Source of the DNA: Candidatus Limnocylindrales bacterium
GTDB taxonomy: Bacteria > Desulfobacterota > Binatia > UBA1149 > CAITLU01
DNA: 64,000 bases
Assembly: GCA_035626395.1 (NCBI GenBank)
Contig: DASPNR010000013.1
Location: 89,308-153,307, forward strand
Reading direction: 5' to 3'
A program made the translations under genes and the position numbers. Position 1 is the stretch's first letter. Every line of letters begins with the position of its first letter. Positions 10,334 through 18,788 of this stretch are shown here, in pieces. A model generated the notes under the pieces. That model had not been told where the DNA came from, ran no database searches, and saw only the letters and a list, made by a program, of their open reading frames with translations.

Positions 10334-11356
10334 TCAGATCCGGATCGCAATCGGCTGCGCATTCCTGGCGAAACTCTCGTCCATGTAGGTCTCGTACGGC
10401 ACCGGGTGCGCGAGCGTGCCGGCCTCCACCGACAGCTGCATCAGCTCCTCGAACTCGGATCGGATCATTCGCAGGTCGCCGTAAGTGACGCGGTCGGTCG
10501 GGTTCTCCATCACGAACTTGATGATGTTGGGATCCTGATTGAAGAAGTCGCGCCCGGCAGCAATTTCGGCCGCCTTGTCCCGGTTGGCCTGCTGCTGGTC
10601 CAGCCACACGCCGGCTCCCAGCACGTGGTTGACGAGGTCCTGCACGAGCGGACGGTCGGCGGCGATCAGCTCCTCGCGCACGGTGAGGACGCAGCAGATG
10701 TATTTCGGCCACTCATCCCGCGTCATGCGGATGGGCCTGGCATAACCGGCGCGCTGCGCGGCGGCCCCGAAAGGCTCGCCGGTGCAATAGGCGTCGACGG
10801 CGTTCGCATACAGCGCCGCCGGCATGTCGGGCGGCGCCATCTCGACGATCTCGATCTGGTCGACCGTCATGTTCTCTTCCGCCAGCATCTTGCGCAGGAA
10901 AAGAAAGTCGACGGCGAATCGGCTCGGAATGGCGATGCGCCTGCCTGCCAGGCCGCGGAACGTGTGATACGGCGAATCCGTCCGCACCATGATGACGGCG
11001 CCCGAGCGGTGGCCGAGCGAGACGATCTTCACGGGAATCTTCCTGTCGGCAAGGTCCATGACGAGCGGCGCCAGCATGTAGCCGGCCTGGATGCGGCCGG
11101 CCATCAGCGATTCCTTGATCTCGGGCCAGCCGCTGTACTTGCTGTACTCGTACTCGAATCGCGCCGCGCCCGGCGCCGCGCCGCGGTTGGCGGCCGCTTT
11201 GGCTGCGCACGCCACCGGCAGCGTCAGATTGCACGTCACCGGCAGCCCGCCGACCTGCAGCGGCCCATCGGCCTGCTCGTTGGTGCAAGAGGCCGCAGTC
11301 CACGGCAGCGCCGCGGCCGCCAGGCCGATCTTGAGCACTTGCCTGCGCGTCAGCAT
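10334..11356 (-). CDS. ABC substrate-binding lipoprotein, NMT1/SsuA/NrtA-like, Tat-type signal
   Basis: Internal ATG 11356 gives MLTRRQVLKIGLAAAALPWTAASC (RR motif plus lipobox). The fold pattern is periplasmic binding (KIVSLGHRSG, GRRIAIP, DAYCTGEPF). Confidence 0.85.
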   Translation of the reverse strand: MLTRRQVLKIGLAAAALPWTAASCTNEQADGPLQVGGLPVTCNLTLPVACAAKAAANRGAAPGAARFEYEYSKYSGWPEIKESLMAGRIQAGYMLAPLVMDLADRKIPVKIVSLGHRSGAVIMVRTDSPYHTFRGLAGRRIAIPSRFAVDFLFLRKMLAEENMTVDQIEIVEMAPPDMPAALYANAVDAYCTGEPFGAAAQRAGYARPIRMTRDEWPKYICCVLTVREELIAADRPLVQDLVNHVLGAGVWLDQQQANRDKAAEIAAGRDFFNQDPNIIKFVMENPTDRVTYGDLRMIRSEFEELMQLSVEAGTLAHPVPYETYMDESFARNAQPIAIRI

Positions 11357-11468
11357 GCTCTCGCCATGCAAGAGATCATCCGGGCATGAATGCCCACGAA
11401 AGTCGCGGCAAGCAAATGGTCCGATCGTGCGATTTGCTACCACCGATCGCTCGGGTCATGCGCGCTCG

Positions 11469-12395
11469 ATGGTGCAGGAAGAGCGGCGCCGCGAAGTGCT
11501 CGGCATGGCGGCGCTCGGCGCCACGGTGCTGATGTGGGGAATGAGCGCGGTGGCGATCAAGGCCGTGTCCACCGGCGGTCTGGCTACCGCGACGTACCGG
11601 CTGTGGCTGGCGATTCCGGCGCTGTGGCTGACGATGCTCGCGCCGAGCATGCGGCGGCGGCTGGACGCGCAGTGGCTGCGCGCGTCCATCATCGGCGGCG
11701 CGCTGTTCAGCATCCACCAGATCCTTTATTTCGTCAGTCTCAAGCTCACCAGCGTTGCCAACGTCACCATCATCGGCGCGCTGCAGCCGGCGCTGGTCCT
11801 GCTGCTGGCGCGGCGCATGTTCGGGGAGCCGGCGAGCCGCGCGGCGGTGTCGTGGTCGGGCGTGGCTTTCGTCGGAACGGCCATGGTGGTGATGGGATCG
11901 CCGCACGCGACGCGCTCGAGCCTCGTCGGCGATGCGATGGCCTTCGTCAACCTTTTCGCGTTCACTGCGTATTTCCTGGCATCCAAGCGCTTCCGCCAGA
12001 GCGTGCGCGCCTGGGACTACGTCGTCGGAATGACGACCGTCTCCGGCTTCGTCATCGCCGCCATCACGATCGCGACGCGGCAGGAGCTGGGCTCACCGGC
12101 GCCCTGGGAATGGCTGGTGCTCGCGTTCATCGCCATCTTCCCCGGCACGCTCGGGCACGTGCTGACCAACTGGGCGCACGCGCACGTTCCGGCCTTCGTC
12201 GCCTCGATGATCCTGCTTGCGGTGCCTGTGATCGCTGCCGCCGGCGCCTGGCTGCTGGTGGGCGAGAGCATCGGGGCGATGCAGATTGCGGGCGGCGCCA
12301 TCGTGCTCGGGTCGATCACCCGCATCGTGCGCACCGACCGCCGCGCACGCACCGAAGTGCTGGTCGAAGGCGCCGCCTTCACCGAGTCGCCCTGA
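11469..12395 (+). CDS. EamA/DMT-family transporter
   Basis: Internal ATG 11469 (MVQEERRREVLGMAALGATVLMWGMSAVAIK). About 10 TM segments in two EamA-like halves. Confidence 0.85.
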   Translation: MVQEERRREVLGMAALGATVLMWGMSAVAIKAVSTGGLATATYRLWLAIPALWLTMLAPSMRRRLDAQWLRASIIGGALFSIHQILYFVSLKLTSVANVTIIGALQPALVLLLARRMFGEPASRAAVSWSGVAFVGTAMVVMGSPHATRSSLVGDAMAFVNLFAFTAYFLASKRFRQSVRAWDYVVGMTTVSGFVIAAITIATRQELGSPAPWEWLVLAFIAIFPGTLGHVLTNWAHAHVPAFVASMILLAVPVIAAAGAWLLVGESIGAMQIAGGAIVLGSITRIVRTDRRARTEVLVEGAAFTESP

Positions 12396-12573
12396 ATGCA
12401 CGCACGTCGCTGCGGCGCATGCGCAGGTTCGCCCATGCCTGCCCGCCGGTGAGACCGGCGGGTCCCCGGCCGCACGAAGCATGGCTGTCACGGGTGCGCG
12501 AACGGTCTCGGCGCGCGCTCGGCCATGACCACACGGTGGCTGGCGGCGCAGCCTCGCTGTAACGTGAGCCGGT

Positions 12574-13836
12574 ATGCTCGAGACGCTGGCCACCATTGTC
12601 GGAACGCTGGTGGTCGTCTTCGTCGCCATCAATCTGTCGCGGCCCGAAAAGAAGATTCAGCGGCGCATGGAGCCGCTCTTTGGCACCGAGGACGAACAGC
12701 TCGAGCGCGAGATGGGTGCCCTGCTGGGGCCGGCCATTCTGGCCGGCAACCGCATCGAGGCGCTGCAGAACGGCGACGAGATCTTTCCCGCAATGCTGTC
12801 GGCCATCGCGGATGCGCGGCGCACGATCACCTTGGAGACCTACATCTACTGGTCGGGCGAGATCGGCCGGCGCTTCGCCGAGGCGCTGACCGAGCGCGCT
12901 CGCGCCGGCGTCCGCGTGCACGTGATGCTGGACTGGCTCGGCAGCGCACGGATCGACAAGGAGCTCCTCGACATGATGAGCGGCGCAGGTGTGGAGGTGG
13001 AGCGTTATCACCCGCTGCGGTGGTACAACCTGGGGCGGCTCAACAACCGCACCCATCGCAAGGTCATGCTCGTGGACGGCGCGGTCGGCTTCACCGGCGG
13101 CGTCGGCATTGCCGACCAGTGGACGGGGCATGCGCAGGACGCCGAGCACTGGCGCGACATCCACTTTCGGGTGCGTGGGCCGGTGGTAGCCCAGATGCAG
13201 GCGGCGTTCCTGGACAACTGGATCAAGAGCACCGGCCGCGTGCTGCACGGAATCGACTATTTCCCGCCGCTGCGCGAGGAAGGCACCCTCAAGGCCCATC
13301 TCTTCATGAGCTCGCCTGCCGGAGGCAGCGAAAGCATGCGCCTGATGTACCTGACCGCCATCACCGCGGCCCGGCGCAGCATCGACATCGCCTCGGCCTA
13401 CTTCGTGCCGGATCAGCTCATGAGCGAGGAGCTTTTGCGTGCGCGCGAGCGCGGCGTGCGCATCCGCATCATCCTTCCCGACCGCCACATCGACGCGGTC
13501 ACCGTCGGCATCGCCTCCAAGCGCGCATGGGGACCGCTGCTCGAGGGCGGCGTGGAGATCCACGAGTACGAGCCGACGATGTTCCACTGCAAGATGCTGA
13601 TCTTCGACCGGCGCGTGGTCTCGGCCGGCTCCACCAACTTCGACATGCGCTCCTTCGAGCTCAACGACGAAGCCAGCCTCAACGTCTACGACTCCGTCTT
13701 CGCCGAGGAGATGACGGCGGTCTTCGAGCGCGACCTCGCTCGTACCCGCAAGTACACCTACCGCATGTGGAAGCAGCGGCCGCTGCGGCAGAAGCTCTCC
13801 GAGATCGTCATCGCTCCCATCCGCTCGCAGCTGTGA
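12574..13836 (+). CDS. Cardiolipin synthase-type phospholipase D family protein
   Basis: One N-terminal TM segment. Two HKD motifs: THRKVMLVDG...GGVGI and FHCKMLIFDRRVVSAGSTNFDMRS. Confidence 0.9.
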   Translation: MLETLATIVGTLVVVFVAINLSRPEKKIQRRMEPLFGTEDEQLEREMGALLGPAILAGNRIEALQNGDEIFPAMLSAIADARRTITLETYIYWSGEIGRRFAEALTERARAGVRVHVMLDWLGSARIDKELLDMMSGAGVEVERYHPLRWYNLGRLNNRTHRKVMLVDGAVGFTGGVGIADQWTGHAQDAEHWRDIHFRVRGPVVAQMQAAFLDNWIKSTGRVLHGIDYFPPLREEGTLKAHLFMSSPAGGSESMRLMYLTAITAARRSIDIASAYFVPDQLMSEELLRARERGVRIRIILPDRHIDAVTVGIASKRAWGPLLEGGVEIHEYEPTMFHCKMLIFDRRVVSAGSTNFDMRSFELNDEASLNVYDSVFAEEMTAVFERDLARTRKYTYRMWKQRPLRQKLSEIVIAPIRSQL

Positions 13837-14148
13837 CGCATCGCTGGCACCGCCTGCAGCCGTGACTGGTCGACGGCATCGCACGCAGGCGTGGGACTCG
13901 TCGACGGCATCGGGCGCCGCGTGTGACTCATCCCTTCCCTGCTCGCGGCCGTGACCGCCGGCCCCTTGCAGCGCATGCCGCGTCGCTCGCGCATCAAGCT
14001 GGGACATGCCGCCTCGCTTCGATCCGCCGCCGGCCGTTTCATTGTGGGACCTCGCCGCTCCACCATCGAGCAAAACGTCGACATTCCGCCGTCATGGCTC
14101 GTGCCGCCGAACTGGCCCGCGCATTGCTCTTCCACAGCCATCGTTCGC

Positions 14149-14387
14149 GCGAAGCCGAAGAGGGAACGGCAGGGGAGGCGGACGAGTTGGGGAGCGGCGG
14201 TTCGAGGAGAGCCCACGCTTTCGAAAGTGGGGAACCTGGGGAGCCGCGGGGGCGGTTTCACGGGGGACGAAGGGAAGGAATTGGCGGTCGGTCACGGGTG
14301 GTTTCAGACCGATAGCCAATGAAAGAGAGACCCCGTGCTCAGGCTCGCAGCGTGCAGGCGACCCCGAGCGCGGGGTTTCTCTTTTTC
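14149..14387 (+). promoter_or_regulatory. G/A-rich candidate structured leader or small RNA ending in an intrinsic terminator; class unassigned
   Basis: It sits in a 705-nt non-coding gap. Six GGGG(A) tracts occur at 14172-14266, and a hairpin CCCAC...GUGGG surrounds a UUCGAAAG palindrome. The segment ends with the terminator at 14361-14387. Confidence 0.3.
14361..14387 (+). terminator. Rho-independent terminator-like hairpin plus T-tract
   Basis: ACCCCG-agcg-CGGGGT is followed by TTCTCTTTTTC. The upstream sequence AAAGAGAGACCCCG (14323-14336) can pair alternatively with CGGGGTTTCTCTTT. Confidence 0.5.
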
Positions 14388-14541
14388 GGTGTCCACTTTG
14401 CGCTGGCGGAAGAATGGACGCGCAGCGAGCGCGCCAAGCGGCGATACGGCGATGCGGCGACGCGGCATCGAAAATCGGCATGACTGACGGTGAGCGCTCG
14501 CGTAGCATCGGGAGCTTCGGGAGGCCCCTTTCACGTTCGAC

Positions 14542-16131
14542 ATGGATCAATCGGTGACCGCGCGACGGTTCTGTCGCGCCGGCCGCGCCGGCGCCCTGGC
14601 TGCCGCGGCATTCTTCCTGACTCTGCCGGGTGCAACCGCGGGCCGCGCCATCGACGCCGGTTCCGGCCGCGCCGCCATCTGCGACCACGCGCAGCGACCG
14701 TGGTTGACCGAGCCCGATGCGGGTACGGGCGGCGCACATTCCAAGGAGCAGACCGGTGCCGCCGACGCAGGCGTTATGGTGGCCCGGGTGCTCGGCCCCC
14801 GCGACGCGGCATCTGCTCTTGCGCCCGACGTACTGGAAACGGCCTCCCGATCTGCAGCCGTCGGCGCTGCCCCCGCGTTGCGTGTCGTCACCTACAACAT
14901 CCACAGCGGCCTCGGCGAGAAGCACGCGCTGCGACGCGCGCGCGAGGAGGTCGAGGCCAACCTGCGGGTAATCGCGCGCGACATCGCCGGCGGATCGGCC
15001 GAGCCGGCCGACGTCGTCGCACTGAATGAGGTCGACTTCGACTCGCGCCGCAGCGCGGGCATCGATCAGGCCGCATTCATGGCCGCCGAGCTCGAGCGCA
15101 TCAGCGGCCATGCCTACGGCGTCGTGCGCGGCGAGACATGGAGGCGCAGCTTCCCCGGCCTCGATGTCCGCTTCGGCAACGCTCTGCTGACCCGCCTGCC
15201 CATCGTCTCCGCCAGCGCCTGCCTTCTCACGGACGACGGCGAGTGCGAGGCCGCGGCGGCGGCCGCCGAGCTGCCGTCGCTGCGCATCGGCGGCTGGCGC
15301 AGCCTGCTCAGCGAGCGGCGCGGCGTGATCAAGGCGACCGTGCGTGCCGCCGATCGCGACGTCGACGTTCTGGTCACGCACCTGGACCCCTTCCACGCCG
15401 CGGCGCGCGAGCGGCAGGCCCTGCACATCCTGCGACGCTTCATCGATCCCGCCCGCACCACGCTGCTGCTCGGCGATCTGAACGCGGTCTCGACCTCGCT
15501 TACCGGCAAGCGCCGCTTCTTCGCGAGCGACCGCACGATGGACATCCTGACCAGCGACACGCTCGCCGACGTGCGCGTCAGCTACGCCGCCGAGCACGGC
15601 CTGGATTCGCTCAACCGCTGGCCGACCTATCCGGCCGCCGCGCCTCAGTGGCCGCTGGATGCCGTGCTGGCATCGGTCGATCTTGCCGCGCGCGACATCC
15701 GCGTCATCGGCAGCACCGCCTCCGACCATCGCGGCCTCACGGCCAACCTGACGTTGATCGGCGGTGCCGGCCTGGCCGAGCGCCGTGCCCGACATGACCG
15801 CATCCGCGAGCGGCAGCTCGAACGCATCGTGCACTGCGACCTTGCCGGCGGCGATTCCTCGCGGGAATGGCTGGTGGCCATGACGGGATTCCGCGCGCTG
15901 CTCGCGACGGCGCAGGCAGGGCGCGATGCCTCCGCGGTCGCCACGCTGTCTGGCGCTGCCGGGGCCGAACCTGTCGCTGCCACGAGCCTGCCGCTCTATG
16001 CTGGCCATGTGGACCGTTTGATCGCAGCACGCGCCGCCGATTCGGCAGAGCATGCCATACAGCCTCAGTCGACGCGCATGCCGGTGAGGGATCCGTCCGC
16101 TGCGGGTGCACGGAGAGCGCCCCTGCTGTGA
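14542..16131 (+). CDS. Endonuclease/exonuclease/phosphatase (EEP) family protein with signal peptide and ~130-aa C-terminal extension
   Basis: LRVVTYNIHSG, VVALNEVDF, LLGDLNA and SDHRGLTANL are the catalytic EEP motifs. The N-terminal hydrophobic signal is ALAAAAFFLTLPGATAG. Confidence 0.85.
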   Translation: MDQSVTARRFCRAGRAGALAAAAFFLTLPGATAGRAIDAGSGRAAICDHAQRPWLTEPDAGTGGAHSKEQTGAADAGVMVARVLGPRDAASALAPDVLETASRSAAVGAAPALRVVTYNIHSGLGEKHALRRAREEVEANLRVIARDIAGGSAEPADVVALNEVDFDSRRSAGIDQAAFMAAELERISGHAYGVVRGETWRRSFPGLDVRFGNALLTRLPIVSASACLLTDDGECEAAAAAAELPSLRIGGWRSLLSERRGVIKATVRAADRDVDVLVTHLDPFHAAARERQALHILRRFIDPARTTLLLGDLNAVSTSLTGKRRFFASDRTMDILTSDTLADVRVSYAAEHGLDSLNRWPTYPAAAPQWPLDAVLASVDLAARDIRVIGSTASDHRGLTANLTLIGGAGLAERRARHDRIRERQLERIVHCDLAGGDSSREWLVAMTGFRALLATAQAGRDASAVATLSGAAGAEPVAATSLPLYAGHVDRLIAARAADSAEHAIQPQSTRMPVRDPSAAGARRAPLL

Positions 16132-17711
16132 CGCCGCGGTGGCGCCGCATCCAGCCGGCGCGCTTGATGCTTGGCCTGCTCGTCGTCGCCGCAGGCGCCG
16201 CACTCTGGGCCTCCTGGCCGCAGCGTCCCGAGCCGGCACCGCCGCCGTTGCCGCCATTCCAGCGAGGCCTGAGCCTGCGAGAGACTTTCGAGACGCTGCC
16301 CGGTCCCGGTCAGGAGGCTTCGCTGCGGCTGTTCACCGACAACACCGAGGCGTGGGCCGAGCGCTGGCGATTGCTCGAGAGCGCCGAGCACAGCATCGAC
16401 GTCAGCTACTTCATCCTGCACGAGGACATCTTCGGCCTGTCGTTCCTCGGGCATCTGCTCGAGCGCGCCCGCAACGGCGTTTCCGTGCGCATGCTCCTGG
16501 ATGCGCTCGGCACCAAGATGTCGCGCGAGATCGCCGGCAACGGCTATCTCCAGGAGCTCGGCGCCGGCAAGCGCGTCAGCCTGCGCACCTACCGCCCGCT
16601 GTGGCGCCGCTGGACCGAAGGGCTGCTGACGCTGCGACCGAGCGCGATCGTGGCCAGCGAGCACGACAAGATCATGGTCATCGACGGCAGGCGCAGCCTG
16701 ACGGGCGGCCGCAACATCGCCGTCGAGTACTTCTCCGACCCACGCAAGGACGATCATGCCTTCAAGGACGTCGACGTGCGCATCGACAGCAAGCCGGTGG
16801 CCGCCGCGCTCGTGCGCGCGTTCGAGCATCAGTTCGCCAGCGAGGATGCCGTCTCCGCCAGCGGCGCCGAGTCCGAGGCCTCGCGCAGCTCCGAGCTGCT
16901 GCGCGCCTACGCCGCCATGGACCGCTGGCTGCACGGCAAGGATCCGGAGGCGGCGGATGACAGCGCCGACTGGCTCGCGCAGCTTCGCGAGCACACGCGG
17001 CTGCGCGGCGCGCTGCTGCGCGAGCCCGCACCGCCGCTGCGCGCCGAGACGCGCATCCTGGACAGCCACACCCGCTTCAACGCCCCCGACGACCAGATCA
17101 CCGAGGGCCTGTGGCGGCTGGTGCAGGCGGCCACGCGCGAGATCTTCGTGCAGACGCCGTACGTCGTGCTGTCCGAGCAGGGCGTGCGCGCGCTCGAAGA
17201 TGCCGCGGCGCGCGGCGTCGCCATCACCCTCGTCACCAACAGCCCGGTTTCCAGCGACAATGCCCTGAGTCAGGCGTTCTTCCTCGAGCAGTGGCCCGAG
17301 CTGCTCGCGCGCGTGCCGACGCTGCGCCTGTTCGTGGCCGGGCGCGAGCACAACCTGCACGCCAAGGCCGTGACCTTCGACGGAGAGGTGGCGCTGGTCG
17401 GCACCTACAATCTCGATCCCGTCAGCATGGCCTTCAACAGCGAAGTGATGGCAGCTGCGTGGTCGCAGCAGGTCGCGGGTCAGGTCGAAGCCACTGCCCG
17501 CGCCGCAATCGCGCGCGGGGCGCCCGAGCTCTTCGAGTATCGGATCGAACGCGATTCGGCGGGCAGGGCCGTGCGGGGTGAGGATGGACGCGTGGCCGTC
17601 CGTTTCGGCCCGCGCGATCACTGCACGCCCGAGGAGTGGGCGGCGCTGGGCGCGTACTGGACCGTTCTGAAGGCGGCGAAGGACTTCGTGGGATTCTCGC
17701 CGATTCTGTAG
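16128..17711 (+). CDS. Phospholipase D / cardiolipin-synthase-like family protein (membrane-anchored)
   Basis: GTG 16128 overlaps the EEP stop (GTGA); the alternative is ATG 16167. HKD motifs: SEHDKIMVIDGRRSLTGGRNI and LHAKAVTFDGEVALVGTYNLD. Confidence 0.85.
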   Translation: MTPRWRRIQPARLMLGLLVVAAGAALWASWPQRPEPAPPPLPPFQRGLSLRETFETLPGPGQEASLRLFTDNTEAWAERWRLLESAEHSIDVSYFILHEDIFGLSFLGHLLERARNGVSVRMLLDALGTKMSREIAGNGYLQELGAGKRVSLRTYRPLWRRWTEGLLTLRPSAIVASEHDKIMVIDGRRSLTGGRNIAVEYFSDPRKDDHAFKDVDVRIDSKPVAAALVRAFEHQFASEDAVSASGAESEASRSSELLRAYAAMDRWLHGKDPEAADDSADWLAQLREHTRLRGALLREPAPPLRAETRILDSHTRFNAPDDQITEGLWRLVQAATREIFVQTPYVVLSEQGVRALEDAAARGVAITLVTNSPVSSDNALSQAFFLEQWPELLARVPTLRLFVAGREHNLHAKAVTFDGEVALVGTYNLDPVSMAFNSEVMAAAWSQQVAGQVEATARAAIARGAPELFEYRIERDSAGRAVRGEDGRVAVRFGPRDHCTPEEWAALGAYWTVLKAAKDFVGFSPIL

Positions 17712-17783
17712 GCGGCGGATTTCGCGGCCGTTCCGTGCGATACGCGAGGACGCGGGTGGCACGGCCGCGGGGCGAGGGAGCAG

Positions 17784-18662
17784 ATGTTGAGCAGACTCGG
17801 TGTGGGGACGTTGTTGCTTGCGGGGGTTTTCCTTCTTCCCACCCTTGCCGATCCGTGCGGGCGGCCGCTGACCTATCGGATCGGCGAACTGGATCTGCGC
17901 TTCGGGCTGCCGCGTCACGAACTGATGGAGGCCATGCGACAGGCCGAGGCAGTCTGGGAGGAGGCCGCCGGGAGGAACCTCTTCGATTACGCCGCCGACG
18001 GCGAGATCGCCGTCCATCTCGTCTACGACGAGCGCCAGGAGACGGCCACGACCAACGAGAAGCGGAAGGACGTCATCGACCGGGTCAGCGAGACCGCCGA
18101 GCAGGTACGGGAGCGCCGTGAGGCGCTGATCGACAGGCACGAGCGCGCACAGAAGAAGTACCTGGAGGCGCGCGCGGAGTTCGACCGGCTTCTGGATGAA
18201 CACAACCGCGACGTGAAGCGATGGAACGCTCGCGGCGGCGCCACCGGAGCGCAGCTGCAGGCGCTGCGGCTCGAGGCCGAGGAGCTCGAAGAGTCGGCCG
18301 CGGCGCTCGAAGAGGAGCGCCTGCGTGTCAATGCGATGGCCGAGGAAGCCAACGCGCTCGCCAACCGCTACAACGAGCTCGCCCACAAGGTCAACGAGCA
18401 CGTGGAGGCCATCAACGCGACGGCAGGCCAGGAGTTCAAGCAGGGCCGCTACGTGCGCGATCGCGACGGCACGCGCATCTACATCTTCGAGTTCATCGGC
18501 GAGAAGGACCTGGTGCACGTGCTCGCGCACGAGCTCGGGCACGCGCTGGGCCTCGAGCACGACGACGACCCGCAGGCCATCATGTACGGCTTGAACGCCA
18601 CTGTGGCGGTGGAGCCGACGCCCGGCGACATCGCGGCCTTGCGCGAGCGCTGCCGGCTCTAG
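17784..18662 (+). CDS. Matrixin (M10)-like zinc metalloprotease with a long coiled-coil insertion
   Basis: SD GAGGGAG at 17774-17780. Signal or lipobox-like LLPTLADPC. Zinc motif VLAHELGHALGLEHDDDPQAIMY (HExxHxxGxxH plus Met-turn). Confidence 0.85.
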   Translation: MLSRLGVGTLLLAGVFLLPTLADPCGRPLTYRIGELDLRFGLPRHELMEAMRQAEAVWEEAAGRNLFDYAADGEIAVHLVYDERQETATTNEKRKDVIDRVSETAEQVRERREALIDRHERAQKKYLEARAEFDRLLDEHNRDVKRWNARGGATGAQLQALRLEAEELEESAAALEEERLRVNAMAEEANALANRYNELAHKVNEHVEAINATAGQEFKQGRYVRDRDGTRIYIFEFIGEKDLVHVLAHELGHALGLEHDDDPQAIMYGLNATVAVEPTPGDIAALRERCRL

Positions 18663-18788
18663 CGCCGCGACTGATACACATCCGAAGCTCGCGTCCGCTT
18701 CGGCTGCGATCGGCAATGGCAGCCGAGCCTGGTCGATCGGCGTTCGGAATCGGGAGACACCGCATCAGGTCGGGTGTACATCGTCGCC

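Noticed and set aside
12442-12462. 8-bp GC hairpin (CCCGCCGG-tgaga-CCGGCGGG) after the EamA gene as a terminator
   Set aside because: It has no U-tract. It may still act as a terminator or stabiliser, but it is not supported well enough to list as a feature.
14149-14387. Assignment of the G-rich leader to a known RNA family (tmRNA, c-di-GMP-I, ydaO/c-di-AMP, cobalamin, glycine, yybP-ykoY)
   Set aside because: Only fragmentary resemblances were seen (UUCGAAAG-GUGGG, GGGGAACC/GGGGAGCC, AGGGAAC). The diagnostic cores I remember are absent: ACGCAAAGC, GGGGUGAAUC, the B12 box, CCGAAGG, and a tRNA-like 3' end. It is kept only as an unclassified candidate.
12574-17711. PLD-family and EEP genes as nuclease-type defence effectors
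   Set aside because: Both PLDs have the two-HKD cardiolipin-synthase layout with membrane anchors. The EEP-PLD pairing matches the ybhP-clsB type lipid locus, and there are no helicase, methylase or ATPase partners.
14092-18716. 721-aa and 883-aa minus-strand ORFs (14092-16257, 16065-18716)
   Set aside because: They are antisense to the EEP, PLD and matrixin genes, which carry catalytic motifs. The translations are low-complexity Arg/Gly/Ala.
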